From a virus, in the IMG/VR virus record IMGVR_UViG_3300025701_000006, positions 14,328-78,327 of that record: a stretch of 64,000 nt of DNA; one strand, written 5' to 3'. Position numbers and translations under genes: made by a program. The notes under the pieces were generated by a model, which worked only from the letters and a program-made list of their open reading frames with translations, was not told the DNA's origin and ran no database searches. Positions within the stretch are counted from its first letter, which is position 1; the number at the start of each line of letters is the position of its first letter. Of this stretch, positions 39,301-48,393 are shown one piece after another.

Positions 39301-42110
39301 ACGCCGACAGATCTGATAAACAGGAAATCAGTAGTTCCACCTGATAGCCCACTAGCACCAGAAAAAGCTACTTCAATCTTTTTAATAGAACCGCCATCAT
39401 CAGATGTAGACCATATTTTTATTGAATTATCACCAGCAATTAAGTTATCAAAACTAAACTCATACCACTCTTCCGTGTTGTCTGCTAGTGATCTAGAGAA
39501 GGGTATAGCACTACCATCGTTTAGAGATAGTCTTACTCCGCCTTCTGCGTCATAGGCCAACACACGTATGATAGCATTACCGGCAAAAGAAGATGTAAAC
39601 GTATGCTCATCTGCACTAGCAGAAGTAGTGTTTACAGGCCATGTATCAGTTCCTTCAAATTCGTACAATAAAGGAGATGTACCTTGTGCAGCAAGTAATT
39701 GCCATTTAGTGTCGTCACTGCCTGGAGTTACGCCTGTAACAGTCACACGAGCTACGTAACTAGAGTTATTAAAAGTTACTATATCGCCTTCAACATACTC
39801 TACTAACGCTGCATAAGAGCCTCTAGGCCTGTTTCTAGTAGCTTCTGTATGCTCTAGTCCTAAACTTATACCTGTGGCTGTTACTTGGAACACTGCTTCT
39901 ATTTCTGGATAGCTAGGGCTTTTTAATACAAACCTTTCTGCGTTTACGTAAAACTCACTATCAAAAGCAGAATCTTCAGATTCTCCTGTAGGAGGATTGG
40001 TCTCGTTTTGTGCAACACCAACAGTGTTCATACCAAAGCCAGACTTGTAGTACGCCCCATTAAGGTATATCACACTTTCATATTCAAACTTGTTTGTAAC
40101 ACCTGTAACAGCAGTATCTGTATAAGCTTCACTATCAATACGTAAGTCTACAAGTCCTTGAGCTACGCCATTAGGCCCTCTTACCGCAGTGTCTAGATCT
40201 AGGAAATAACTACTTTGCGATATAATACCGGTAGGGCCTGTGCGTTCCCATGCAGTACCATTGTAGGAGTAATTAGAAATGTCTCCATCAGTAGGGTCGA
40301 ATACAGTTACTATATCGCCTTCTGCTGCATATGCATTTCCTGTGCCGGCAGCAGTAGGTACTGCAGTCCATTCTGTTGATGGTTTATAATATAAAATACC
40401 GTCTGTTTTATACCAATATAAAAAGTTATCTGCAGATACAGTAACTTGATCTTCTACAGGATCTGAAGGGTTTCTTACGTAATCTGCAGGAGCAGCAGTA
40501 CCACCCCAGGCATAAAATTGTGATACTTTACCGTCTGCAGCGCCTTGGGCTGTTGCAGCATCTTGTAACGCTTGATACATAGACGTATCTGTCACAGTTA
40601 GCCAGGCAGGAGTGCTTGCTTGATACCAGTAAGCATTAGTAGTATCTTTAAAGTAAACTATATTACCGTTCGCAGCGTCTTTTAGTTCTGGAGTACTCCA
40701 AGTATTATCTATTATGTCTAAAGCATCAGCCTCATTAATAGCTTCTACTTCGCTAACATCAAGTACATCAGCAAAAGTATCATAGAAATAGTACTCTATT
40801 TTACCGTCTAGCTGTCTATGTATAGCAGCGCTATCAGGGGTATATGTATTATCTATAAAATATTGAGCTTGTTCGTCCGCAACTGCCCAATCTCCTGCGT
40901 TATACGTATTTGCTCTTGCTGTAGTAGCTACTTTAACTACACTAGGGGATGTACTGTTATCTACCCAAAGGTCACCTTCGTCATAAGGAGCAAAAGGAAT
41001 AGCTACAAATACTCTTCTTTTTTGGTCTGCTAAGTCTGCCGCATTAAGTGCTGCTACGTAAGCAGATTGTGAATCCGTGTCTGTTACTAGCGCCCAAGTA
41101 TACCCTTGCGGGTCTGTAGCAAAAGGAGAAGTTGTATCTTGAGCAGTTTTTATAAACTTGTAGGATTTTACGTAATTACCGGTGCTTGCATCGTATTGGA
41201 TATACACGTCACCTACGTGAGCAGAGCGTTCTGCTTCATCATTATTAGTAGTATCTGTAGCTATCCAAGTAGCGTAAGGCTCCGCTGCAACATCTAGCTC
41301 ATCGTCATCTAGGTTGGAATCCCCAGGGCTTACACCTGTCATTACATCGTACGTACCTGTAGTGTACTCTATAACCCCATCATTTTGGTTTTCTAGTACT
41401 TGGACACGCGCTAGCATCCCTGTACCGTTAGGATCGTTAAAGGCTGTCAAACCTACATAGGTACGTAATCCATCTATTGCATCTGATGTACCCGCTAACT
41501 CGCCGTCTTGACTAACTACTTTACCGGTAAGAACATCGATACGTTGTCCTAAAGCAGTATCAGCAGAAGTATAACCAGATGTTATATTGGTAAAACGGCT
41601 TTCGTTATTGTCAAATTCTGCTCTAAGATCGCTTACCCTAGCAGTAACAGCTTCACTTGCGGTAGCCCTTACGGTGTCTATATCTACAATACTACTAGAC
41701 ACAGCCCCAACAGTGGCGTTAAGACTTTGAAACGTACTGCCTACAACACCTTCTACAGAAGTTGAAAAATCGACTTTTTTTACAAAAGTATTTTTTGCTA
41801 TATCAATAGAATCTACAGCACTTCTAACATCCCCCACCAGCTCTGTGTAATTCTCAAATCGTTCTCTTGTACTATTTTCTACTACGGTATCAATTATAGA
41901 AACAAGCCACTGTGGAGCTTCATCGGCCCCGATAGAAGCATACAGACCATCTCCTACTATAGAGTATTCTTTTTTAATACCTGTAATAGTAGGGCTGTCT
42001 TCGATTTCTACACAATGCGTATTGGTACCAACTAGGTCTTTAGTAACGCTAGGGGTTATCTCTGTAGTGTCTGGAGTTACTTCTATAGTGGTAGTAGTTT
42101 TAATCGACAT
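36357..42110 (-). CDS. Large host-specificity / central tail fibre protein (about 1917 aa)
   Basis: Coiled-coil N-terminus, PYDEGDLW, CBM5/12-like YVEGDIVTFNNSSY..PGSD..KW, duplicated beta modules, short Gly-X-Y linkers, C-terminal VYNNGQIRVRLG. Confidence 0.75.
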   Translation of the reverse strand: MSIKTTTTIEVTPDTTEITPSVTKDLVGTNTHCVEIEDSPTITGIKKEYSIVGDGLYASIGADEAPQWLVSIIDTVVENSTRERFENYTELVGDVRSAVDSIDIAKNTFVKKVDFSTSVEGVVGSTFQSLNATVGAVSSSIVDIDTVRATASEAVTARVSDLRAEFDNNESRFTNITSGYTSADTALGQRIDVLTGKVVSQDGELAGTSDAIDGLRTYVGLTAFNDPNGTGMLARVQVLENQNDGVIEYTTGTYDVMTGVSPGDSNLDDDELDVAAEPYATWIATDTTNNDEAERSAHVGDVYIQYDASTGNYVKSYKFIKTAQDTTSPFATDPQGYTWALVTDTDSQSAYVAALNAADLADQKRRVFVAIPFAPYDEGDLWVDNSTSPSVVKVATTARANTYNAGDWAVADEQAQYFIDNTYTPDSAAIHRQLDGKIEYYFYDTFADVLDVSEVEAINEADALDIIDNTWSTPELKDAANGNIVYFKDTTNAYWYQASTPAWLTVTDTSMYQALQDAATAQGAADGKVSQFYAWGGTAAPADYVRNPSDPVEDQVTVSADNFLYWYKTDGILYYKPSTEWTAVPTAAGTGNAYAAEGDIVTVFDPTDGDISNYSYNGTAWERTGPTGIISQSSYFLDLDTAVRGPNGVAQGLVDLRIDSEAYTDTAVTGVTNKFEYESVIYLNGAYYKSGFGMNTVGVAQNETNPPTGESEDSAFDSEFYVNAERFVLKSPSYPEIEAVFQVTATGISLGLEHTEATRNRPRGSYAALVEYVEGDIVTFNNSSYVARVTVTGVTPGSDDTKWQLLAAQGTSPLLYEFEGTDTWPVNTTSASADEHTFTSSFAGNAIIRVLAYDAEGGVRLSLNDGSAIPFSRSLADNTEEWYEFSFDNLIAGDNSIKIWSTSDDGGSIKKIEVAFSGASGLSGGTTDFLFIRSVGVPTDPPANEDWETNAVDATGEGDLWSIKKVTNAGEVIATYTDKRIIEAPMIRELTIYSDPTTGAVTAPTTSTYNLSTDTLTIDSDDWNKFVPGITTNNHKIYVSTALVTGNNTQTSVDISWSEPAVYAFRQDGIDADVYKYVYKDNLTKPSAPTDDAHTGWVDDIPSTINNTLWQSLGKQTNGTGTYSWAEPVQITAKDGLSALLFEWAGSVSWPTSTGIGGAHTFTFDSAFAGNAFLRVNATDAEGGLQVALNGEVLGSLSGNNNQVRWYEFGADNLVTGTNTIALWSSTGDGGSINEVKVAFVGAKGIQGITGDFTDFLFIRKDDVPQDPGGADGNWYTDVNSVVVPEGGGKLWSIKKKTTNNGSTVEYSDKRVIEADIVREVVLYSAAVDSAPAVPTTEVTYNFSTNTITENHTSWSTSFPSDVPDNKKVYRITALASGNITETSVSLEDKWSTPSVYAQRIDGTNGSSAYELWVAADNTGTEAEFLASLEASEQHFHIRYSDVADGTGFNDVPGDKVYVGIYVGTSNTAPTNKEDYAWSRARGENGTTPVKGTDYNDGVGSYVSYVFLTHTAAPGVPTGGSYNGTSETMPTTVVSEVTRTWSDDPVVASDSITWVSKRVYTQTLSNGSASTTWTGSDWSTPAKFFEKGSTGTAADNYKEIFLYQTAAAVPTVFPTKLQGFTASSGNAIAFGDWTVSSIAPTTATQKIYRINITMRQVDNDGNWSAIDDNWNGPVAITGIDGNSATSYKEIFLYKNATSTPTVPGVSGSFSTSGNAVSTDGWYVSPQTLASGEFTWRSSLTIKQIDSTGNWTSSDTVWNTPVKLTGDKGTSVTGPRGTATLTHNASDLGDAEPGDAGTIAKIAGYWDTAAPAAYAGEITGDTLILNNTDTAAGWTHIYEYSGTVWAATSTFTVNGNQVINGTLAAEAIGSGSFRSTSLSGTRPVVANDYTGTIMDTKGVSVYNNGQIRVRLGDLSPDT

Positions 42111-42474
42111 AGACTTCTGGCACCTTAGCAATAAAATTACCGTTATTTGCAGTATTACACTCAATAATCAGTCTGTACGTAGGACGTAAGTAATAACGAT
42201 CCGTTTTCGCACCTTTATCACTTACTAAGGCAAGAGTAGAACTTTCTGGAATATCTAAAGTAACCTTACCAGAAAGTAGGTTACTAGGTAGTGTTAATGG
42301 GACAGCAGAAAGACCTGTAGTAGTATCTTCAGGGTCTAGAGGAACTAGGTCAGCAACAAACGTATCTGTTCCTGTAATTTCCATAGGAAGAGTAGAGCCG
42401 TCAGCTTTAATGGTGAAAAGGAAGGTATTATCTACCCCTTTAGTGATAGTAAATTTAGCTACTGAGCAGCTCAT
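42100..42474 (-). CDS. Virion accessory beta-sandwich protein
   Basis: 124 aa beta-rich, AAGGA RBS, directly upstream of the fibre gene. Confidence 0.55.
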   Translation of the reverse strand: MSCSVAKFTITKGVDNTFLFTIKADGSTLPMEITGTDTFVADLVPLDPEDTTTGLSAVPLTLPSNLLSGKVTLDIPESSTLALVSDKGAKTDRYYLRPTYRLIIECNTANNGNFIAKVPEVYVD

Positions 42475-42502
42475 AGTCTAATCCTTCATTATGTATAAAT
42501 GT

Positions 42503-42525
42503 AAAAGGGCCCGTAGGCCCCTTTA
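42503..42525 (-). terminator. Intrinsic terminator
   Basis: AAAGGGGCC-TACG-GGCCCTTTT on the - strand. Confidence 0.75.
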
Positions 42526-43020
42526 TTAAACGTTTTCGTATGAAATCGAATAACGGGGACGCATCTTAACCATAGACAGTCCTGATTTGTTATCACGTAC
42601 ATGCAGCGGAATTTTTACTTCTGCCAGTGTACGGATATGACCCATAGATACTTCAATCTTTTCGTTTAAAGGTAAAATTCTAGTACCTAGGTCGAAATAA
42701 GAGTTTGAGCAGTTAACTACGCAAGTCGTAGTCTGGTTATTAACTCGTTGATCATTATCAATAATAGTAACAATCTTAGTTTCTCGTGCAGCTTTTTCAC
42801 GAGCAATACGCTTAGCTACTTTTGGATCTTGTGCATTGTCAGCCTTTTTAGGTGCTGCTTTTTCTTTTTCTGCAACTACTGCTTCTAAAGCAGGTCCAGA
42901 AGTTTCTCCAGCTTCGTAAAAAGCTTCAATCTTTTCAGCAAGTTTACTGGCACCAATGTTTTTGTTGTACGTTAGGCCAAGCTCATCTGCTTCTTGTTTC
43001 ATTTCTTGTAATGTAGACAT
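42526..43020 (-). CDS. N4 gp55-like protein
   Basis: LQEMKQEADELGLTY..NIG..KL.EKI N-terminal helical motif; follows the capsid gene. Confidence 0.7.
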   Translation of the reverse strand: MSTLQEMKQEADELGLTYNKNIGASKLAEKIEAFYEAGETSGPALEAVVAEKEKAAPKKADNAQDPKVAKRIAREKAARETKIVTIIDNDQRVNNQTTTCVVNCSNSYFDLGTRILPLNEKIEVSMGHIRTLAEVKIPLHVRDNKSGLSMVKMRPRYSISYENV

Positions 43021-43074
43021 TTTCTAAGTCCTTACTAGGTTATTTAGAGGTTAAAAGGTTATTCTTGCTTGTCT

Positions 43075-43103
43075 ATTATATAAAATACTGCAAATAATGT
43101 AAA
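43075..43103 (-). promoter_or_regulatory. Sigma70-type promoter
   Basis: TTTACA-17 nt-TATAAT. Confidence 0.75.
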
Positions 43104-43107
43104 GCTA

Positions 43108-43136
43108 TAAAAAAACCCCGCCGAAGCGAGGTTTTT
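43108..43136 (-). terminator. Intrinsic terminator after the major capsid gene
   Basis: AAAAACCTCGC-TTCG-GCGGGGTTTTTTT with a C(UUCG)G loop. Confidence 0.9.
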
Positions 43137-43161
43137 ACTTAGTGTCTTAAAAGACTAGTTA

Positions 43162-44304
43162 TTATGCAGAAGCAGAAACTAGGATCTTAAGCAACTTCTC
43201 TTCTTCAAGGATAATACCTGCGTAGAAGAAGTTGTAAGAGAAGAAACCGTTAGTACCGTACGGGTTAGCATTCTCTACAGACTCTGGAGACTTAGAGTTA
43301 AACTTGATTTTGCCCTGACCTTTAAGACCAACAGTTGCAAAACAACCTTGAGTTGGGAATAAGATAGGGAACACATCGAAGTTACTACCAGTAGTAGATA
43401 AACCACCAGTGTGACCAGTAGAATCTGCGCCTTGACCTGCATATACAACTGCAGACTCAGACTCGATGAAACGCACTTCGTGCATTGCACCAACTTCACC
43501 TTCAGCTAAAGTAGTAGCAGAACCATACTTGTGTGCTGGGATGTAGACAAACTCAGTTGCACCGTTGTCAGCAACAGTACCACGAGTAAGAGTTTCTAAA
43601 TCGCCTTTAACATTAGCGCCGATAACAGCGTAGAACGCTTTAGCTACTGTGTTAGTATCGATTTTAGTAGAACCAGTTACTAGTTGAGTGTTTTTCTGTG
43701 CACGGTTGCGAACTAGTTTACGAACAGCCTTACGGATAAGGTCATAAGAAACAGTAGAGTCAGCATCGATCTCACCAATTGCAGTTGCATCACCAGCGTA
43801 CATTACGGTAGGAGTAGCAAGCATGTCTAATTGAAGTAAATCTTCCATACGAGAGTTTGCTAATTCACCTAACTCTTCACGGTAGCGTACTTGGATAGCA
43901 TCTTCAGAGAATAACTCTACTTCATCAGTATAGTCAATCATCTCGCCGTAACGAGCTAAAGAAGTTTCCATTGTAACTTTCTGTAAAGATTTTTTGTTAA
44001 CCGCACCAGCGCCTTCAGCTAAAGTAGCAGAAGTTAACGCAGTGTTTACATCGTCGATGTCACGAGCTGATAAAAAGCCTTTTTCAGCGAACGCGGCATC
44101 AGAGATAGCACGGTCATACATGTGTAAGAACTTAGAGATCTTAAAAGTCTTACCCATTTTAGTAGGCATAGATTTGCGATCTGCGAATTGACCGTAGACG
44201 TTAGTGCGGTTAGCCGCTTTAACACCTGCACGATCATAAAAATGAACGATAGTATTAGCACCCGCTGTGCTATTTGTACCGTTACCATAAACATTAGTAG
44301 CCAT
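43162..44304 (-). CDS. Major capsid protein (N4 gp56 family)
   Basis: MPTKMGKT, LAEGAG.VN, YG..IDYTD, EGEVG....RFIE, NPYGTNGF; strongly biased codons; GAGGA RBS before ATG 44304. Confidence 0.92.
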   Translation of the reverse strand: MATNVYGNGTNSTAGANTIVHFYDRAGVKAANRTNVYGQFADRKSMPTKMGKTFKISKFLHMYDRAISDAAFAEKGFLSARDIDDVNTALTSATLAEGAGAVNKKSLQKVTMETSLARYGEMIDYTDEVELFSEDAIQVRYREELGELANSRMEDLLQLDMLATPTVMYAGDATAIGEIDADSTVSYDLIRKAVRKLVRNRAQKNTQLVTGSTKIDTNTVAKAFYAVIGANVKGDLETLTRGTVADNGATEFVYIPAHKYGSATTLAEGEVGAMHEVRFIESESAVVYAGQGADSTGHTGGLSTTGSNFDVFPILFPTQGCFATVGLKGQGKIKFNSKSPESVENANPYGTNGFFSYNFFYAGIILEEEKLLKILVSASA

Positions 44305-44362
44305 TGTAGTTGTCCTCAATATAAGCTATTAAGGGGATTTTACTCCCCAAACAAAAAGATAG

Positions 44363-45574
44363 TTAAATATCGTTCTGTAGTTTTGTATACCACTCATCAA
44401 AGTCAACATCTGACGCATCTAAGTAATCAACTACATCCCGACTTGCTACTGCATTCTTTGTAGGTGCAGCGGCTTTGCGCTTTGCAGAGGCTTTAGTTGT
44501 AGCTGTACGCTGTTGCGACTTAGCTTTTACGTGAGCTAGGCGGGCTTGTTCTGCCTCCCTGGTCTCTAGTTCCGCTTGTCTTGCAGCTCTACGCTCCGAT
44601 AAAGCATCTTGCTCTGCGACTTGAGTAAAGTGCTGTTGCGCAGCCTCTTTATAATAATCTAAATCAGATTTTTTACCGCCATCATAGACTTTTAGCTTTT
44701 CTGCTACTGGCTGTAACGTTTGAAACATGCCAGATTTAACGTCTGTGTGTAGTAACCTAATCATCTCAGGGTTCTGTGTCATGGTTCCCCATGAAGCATC
44801 ATCCCATTCTTTAGATAGAATATTATGAGTCGTTGCATACTCTTGGTCTCGGCTAATATCGTCAACGATATCTTTAATTGCCAAGGCACTGTCATCGCGA
44901 CCATAATCCTTAGCTACATAGGGGTCATTGTCATCTGCATCTAAGTCGAGGGTATCAGTACCTGTTCGCTTTAATACTTCTGCAATTGCGCCTTTGTCGC
45001 CCTTCAGTACATCAATCATTAGACTCACGTCTTCATGCTTTAAGTCTGCACCTTCTATAGCATCAATAGTCTTACGCCAAGGTTTGATGGTTTGCATCTT
45101 TTTGGTGTAGTCCATTGCTTGACCAAAGATTTTAGGGAATTGATCTACGATCTCTTCACTAGAAAACTCATAGTCTTTGCCGTTGGCTTTAAACTTATAG
45201 TTTTGTACTGGTTGCTCTTCCTCGTCTTCATCTTCAGCGTCATCAGAACTAAATTCTTCATCTTCATCAGAGTCCTCGTCAGGAGCCTCGTCATCAGTTT
45301 CGGAATCGTCTTCTTCTTCAGCTTCGTCTGTGTCAGATTCGTCGCTAGTATCATGGCCGGAGTCCTCAAGGTCATCTTCAGGTTGCTCAGGACCATCGTC
45401 AAATTCTTCTTCAGCAGGTTCCTCTTCATAAAGGTCTGCATCTTCATTAAATTCTTCTTCAGGCATTTCTGCCTCTAAATCTGTATCTGGGGATTCTTGA
45501 TTTGCTTGCGCTTCTTTAAAAGCTGCTTCAAGCTCATCATCAGACATATCCCATAAATCTGCTTCGCTACTCAT
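44363..45574 (-). CDS. Scaffold-like protein (N4 gp57 family)
   Basis: Very acidic N-terminus, FKANGK, MDYTKKMQ.IKPWRK; upstream of the capsid gene. Confidence 0.8.
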   Translation of the reverse strand: MSSEADLWDMSDDELEAAFKEAQANQESPDTDLEAEMPEEEFNEDADLYEEEPAEEEFDDGPEQPEDDLEDSGHDTSDESDTDEAEEEDDSETDDEAPDEDSDEDEEFSSDDAEDEDEEEQPVQNYKFKANGKDYEFSSEEIVDQFPKIFGQAMDYTKKMQTIKPWRKTIDAIEGADLKHEDVSLMIDVLKGDKGAIAEVLKRTGTDTLDLDADDNDPYVAKDYGRDDSALAIKDIVDDISRDQEYATTHNILSKEWDDASWGTMTQNPEMIRLLHTDVKSGMFQTLQPVAEKLKVYDGGKKSDLDYYKEAAQQHFTQVAEQDALSERRAARQAELETREAEQARLAHVKAKSQQRTATTKASAKRKAAAPTKNAVASRDVVDYLDASDVDFDEWYTKLQNDI

Positions 45575-45589
45575 GGTCTACCCCTCCAG

Positions 45590-45889
45590 TTATTCGACGT
45601 CGTCGTCTTCATCTGTAGGCATAGTACCTAAATTTTCAATAGTGACAAAAAAGTCTTCTAAGCTAGATATGGCGATTAGGTCTTCCATAACAGCAGTTCT
45701 GTGGCCACCTGCAACAATTGCATCTTGTGCCAATAAACTAACGCCGTTAACAGCCTTATCTTTAAAGTAACCTTCTAGAACTACTCGCTGAAAATCTTTA
45801 TTTTCTTTTAAGCGTTCTAAAGAACTCCACATATCCGCCCAATAACGGTTTTCTACTTCTAAAAGTTGCTGATCATTAAGGTTGTTCAT
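45590..45889 (-). CDS. N4 gp58-like protein
   Basis: LERL..NKDF..VVLEGYF signature; synteny. Confidence 0.75.
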   Translation of the reverse strand: MNNLNDQQLLEVENRYWADMWSSLERLKENKDFQRVVLEGYFKDKAVNGVSLLAQDAIVAGGHRTAVMEDLIAISSLEDFFVTIENLGTMPTDEDDDVE

Positions 45890-45975
45890 AAATGAATCCT
45901 TTTGGTTGTGTTAATATAAAGTAAATTTACTAGTATTAGCGCACTGTAGTGATAGCTAGTACTAACCTATTCGGT

Positions 45976-46005
45976 ATTATACAACAAATCAGTTACTTAG
46001 CGCAA
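45976..46005 (-). promoter_or_regulatory. Sigma70-type promoter for gp58-scaffold-capsid
   Basis: TTGCGC-18 nt-TATAAT. Confidence 0.55.
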
Positions 46006-46166
46006 CCCCCGGAACACCCGCATTTCTTTTTCTTTCTTGGGGTACCAGGAGATTTACTAGAACATCCGCAACTAGAAGCTTTCTTTTTCTTGCCTGCATA
46101 ATAGTGTTTAGTGTTTTGGCCTTGGCCATCCCCATACACCATTTGCTGTGCTAGTCCTTGTTCCAT
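45993..46166 (-). CDS. 57-aa basic Cys-rich peptide (absent from ORF track)
   Basis: MEQGLAQQMVYGDGQGQNTKHYYAGKKKKASSCGCSSKSPGTPRKKKKCGCSGGCAK; AAGGA RBS. Confidence 0.7.
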   Translation of the reverse strand: MEQGLAQQMVYGDGQGQNTKHYYAGKKKKASSCGCSSKSPGTPRKKKKCGCSGGCAK

Positions 46167-46168
46167 TA

Positions 46169-46600
46169 CTATTGTCCTTTAAGATATGTAGCTAAACCTG
46201 CATCTACTGGTTTACTTGGCTGTGAAGCCCTATCTATTAAAATTCTTTCTAAATTATCGGCTGTATTACGTTCAGGTGCAGGTATTTTATACACTTCTTC
46301 ACCTTTTCCCCAAAAAGGGCTTTTACCTTGAGCTATGCGCTCTCTAGCGTGCAGTATAGCTTTTTTTACTATAGTGTTTGATGGATCATTACCACTTCGT
46401 AAATAATCTAATTCTACTCTAGTTAGCGTAGGTACTACTGAAGGTATTTCCACTTCTCCTGAGCCAAGATCTACACCCACAGAAAATTCTGTCATGTCTC
46501 TATTGGTTCCGTCTAAAGTCTTAAAGGCCCCAAAAAACCCTGTAGACTTAGAAGTACCATTTTTTCTTAAGCTATTGTCTTTAGCTTTAGATTGTTCCAT
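46169..46600 (-). CDS. Hypothetical protein
   Basis: 143 aa; MTEFSVG..EIPS.VPTL..KSPF; ends AGLATYLKGQ. Confidence 0.7.
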   Translation of the reverse strand: MEQSKAKDNSLRKNGTSKSTGFFGAFKTLDGTNRDMTEFSVGVDLGSGEVEIPSVVPTLTRVELDYLRSGNDPSNTIVKKAILHARERIAQGKSPFWGKGEEVYKIPAPERNTADNLERILIDRASQPSKPVDAGLATYLKGQ

Positions 46601-46602
46601 TA

Positions 46603-46731
46603 CTAGTAACCACCGCCACTAGGAGAAGTCTTAGCTACTTCTTTTTTAGCCATAGGTTTCTTATCCTTAGCTAGGCATCTACCTTTTTGGATACACGCTT
46701 TAACAGTTTTACAGCCTTTACATGGAGTCAT
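46603..46731 (-). CDS. 42-aa basic four-Cys peptide (absent from ORF track)
   Basis: MTPCKGCKTVKACIQKGRCLAKDKKPMAKKEVAKTSPSGGGY; AGGA RBS. Confidence 0.65.
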   Translation of the reverse strand: MTPCKGCKTVKACIQKGRCLAKDKKPMAKKEVAKTSPSGGGY

Positions 46732-46758
46732 TTTACTTTCCTATATTTAAAGTTATTG

Positions 46759-47487
46759 TTAACGGCCTTTACGCATTAAAGGGCCATATCTATCTACAGG
46801 TTTTTTAGTCTTAGGTACTTCACTAATACTTTCTGCTAATCCCGGCTCACTAGGTAAATCAGTAATTGTGACTCTTCCTGAAGGGACTCTACTTTTGGTT
46901 ATATCTTCTGTAGTCGGTTTAGGTGCTTTTGCTTTTTTACTTACATCAGGCCCTTTTACATTTTTATCTGTATTTTTATTAACCGCTCTAGAAGCTTTCT
47001 TATCATTAGTATCAAACTCTCCTGAAGAAAGCTCTTTTTTACTGATACTTTTATAAGGATTTTTATTGTTTCCTTTACCGATAGAGATCTTCTGTCCTGC
47101 TTTAATATCATTGGAGTTGCTGATACCTGTATTCATTTCCATTATCGTATTAACAGATGTACCAAAACGTTTAGCAACTTCAGATAATGTATCGCCACTT
47201 TTTATGGTATATGGTTTAGTAGAACTAGGTTTTTTAGCTGCAGGCTCTTTTTTCTTTTTCTTAGGCATCATTCTACGAGGAGTAGAGTTAGGGTTTCTAG
47301 CAGCTACTACTCTTTTTTCTTTCTTCTTTTCTTCTTTTTCAGGGGCTGATAGGTTAAGCACAGCACCTATACGTATTTTATCAGGGTTAGTGATACTAGG
47401 GTTCATAGAAAGCAAAGCTTTTAAACTAAGACCTTTTCTTTTAGCAATTTGCGACAATGTGTCGCCTTTTTTGATTGTATAACGCAT
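46759..47487 (-). CDS. Basic protein with two LysM domains
   Basis: YTIKKGDTLSQIA..NP.I.NPDKI.IG and YTIKSGDTLSEVA..N..I.NSNDI.AG. Confidence 0.9.
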   Translation of the reverse strand: MRYTIKKGDTLSQIAKRKGLSLKALLSMNPSITNPDKIRIGAVLNLSAPEKEEKKKEKRVVAARNPNSTPRRMMPKKKKKEPAAKKPSSTKPYTIKSGDTLSEVAKRFGTSVNTIMEMNTGISNSNDIKAGQKISIGKGNNKNPYKSISKKELSSGEFDTNDKKASRAVNKNTDKNVKGPDVSKKAKAPKPTTEDITKSRVPSGRVTITDLPSEPGLAESISEVPKTKKPVDRYGPLMRKGR

Positions 47488-47507
47488 TTTAATACCTTAA
47501 ATATTAG

Positions 47508-47753
47508 TTAGGATTCTCTAGTTACTTTTGCTTTCTTAGTGTTACTTACAAACTGTTCTTTGCCGCCTTTAGCACCAGCTTTTTTCTTTTTAGCTGTAGC
47601 AGCTCTTTCAGACTTGCTGAGGCTCTCTGCTTTCTTTCTAGGTAAGCATCTATCAGGGTTCTTCTTGTTTTTAGATGTACCACAAGCTCCTGCAATGTTT
47701 CCACTGGAGTTAATGCGTACCCAATCTTCAGACAACCATGCAGCTAGGCTCAT
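47508..47753 (-). CDS. Small Lys-rich protein
   Basis: 81 aa; W..EDWV...CG...RCLP.KKA pattern. Confidence 0.75.
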   Translation of the reverse strand: MSLAAWLSEDWVRINSSGNIAGACGTSKNKKNPDRCLPRKKAESLSKSERAATAKKKKAGAKGGKEQFVSNTKKAKVTRES

Positions 47754-47935
47754 TTTGTTTTCTTCCCTTTACTGCCTTTGGCGTAGTTTGGATCTTTACA
47801 ATACTTAGAAGCCGCTAGGTTTGCATACGCACTAGGGTACTTATCAAAAGTACGCTTAGCCCAAGATATACCAGCAGCACAAATCTTGTTGCTTTTTTCT
47901 TTTTTGCCAATAGTTTCTGCTAGACCTTTAGCCAT
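47750..47935 (-). CDS. Small basic protein
   Basis: C..G..WAK..F..YPSAYAN..ASKYCK; TAATG coupling. Confidence 0.75.
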   Translation of the reverse strand: MAKGLAETIGKKEKSNKICAAGISWAKRTFDKYPSAYANLAASKYCKDPNYAKGSKGKKTK

Positions 47936-48201
47936 TACCATTTCGCCTTGTCAGCCCAGTACGCTGCAGACATCTTGCCTTTCGCAATATTCTTAGCGTG
48001 GCGTGCTTTAAAAGATTTTCTACGTTTACGTGCAGCCTCTGACTCGCCATCTTTTTTAGGTGAGCCACTAACACCTTGTTGTCCAAAACGTATAGTTTTT
48101 TTCTTGCCGCCTTCACACGCTTTAACTACGTGTGATTTAGTCTTATGGCTAGGTGTACGTTTTGGTGAGTTACACGCTAGTTCTTCAGCTAGTCCAGACA
48201 T
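47935..48201 (-). CDS. Small basic protein
   Basis: PKRTP.H.TKSH.V..IRFGQQG..SFKARH..SAAYWA; AAGGAG RBS. Confidence 0.8.
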   Translation of the reverse strand: MSGLAEELACNSPKRTPSHKTKSHVVKACEGGKKKTIRFGQQGVSGSPKKDGESEAARKRRKSFKARHAKNIAKGKMSAAYWADKAKW

Positions 48202-48210
48202 ACCTACTCC

Positions 48211-48384
48211 TTATTTCATTTTTGCTTTACCTACGTTTAACGCAAGTAAATCAACAATTTTGTAAAGTTTAGCTACAACTTTGTCATCTTTTGGTGTATC
48301 TGTAAGAGAAGCAATTGTAGAAGCAATAGCCACTGCTAAAGTGACATAATTTACCCAGTCCAGTACTGTACTAATAATATCCAT
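48211..48384 (-). CDS. 57-aa membrane peptide (absent from ORF track)
   Basis: MDIISTVLDWVNYVTLAVAIASTIASLTDTPKDDKVVAKLYKIVDLLALNVGKAKMK. Confidence 0.7.
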   Translation of the reverse strand: MDIISTVLDWVNYVTLAVAIASTIASLTDTPKDDKVVAKLYKIVDLLALNVGKAKMK

Positions 48385-48393
48385 AACTAGGTG

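Noticed and set aside
45922-45965. Imperfect 10-bp hairpin in the gp58 leader
   Set aside because: Single copy, AT-rich, with a mismatch on the transcribed strand; no independent support.
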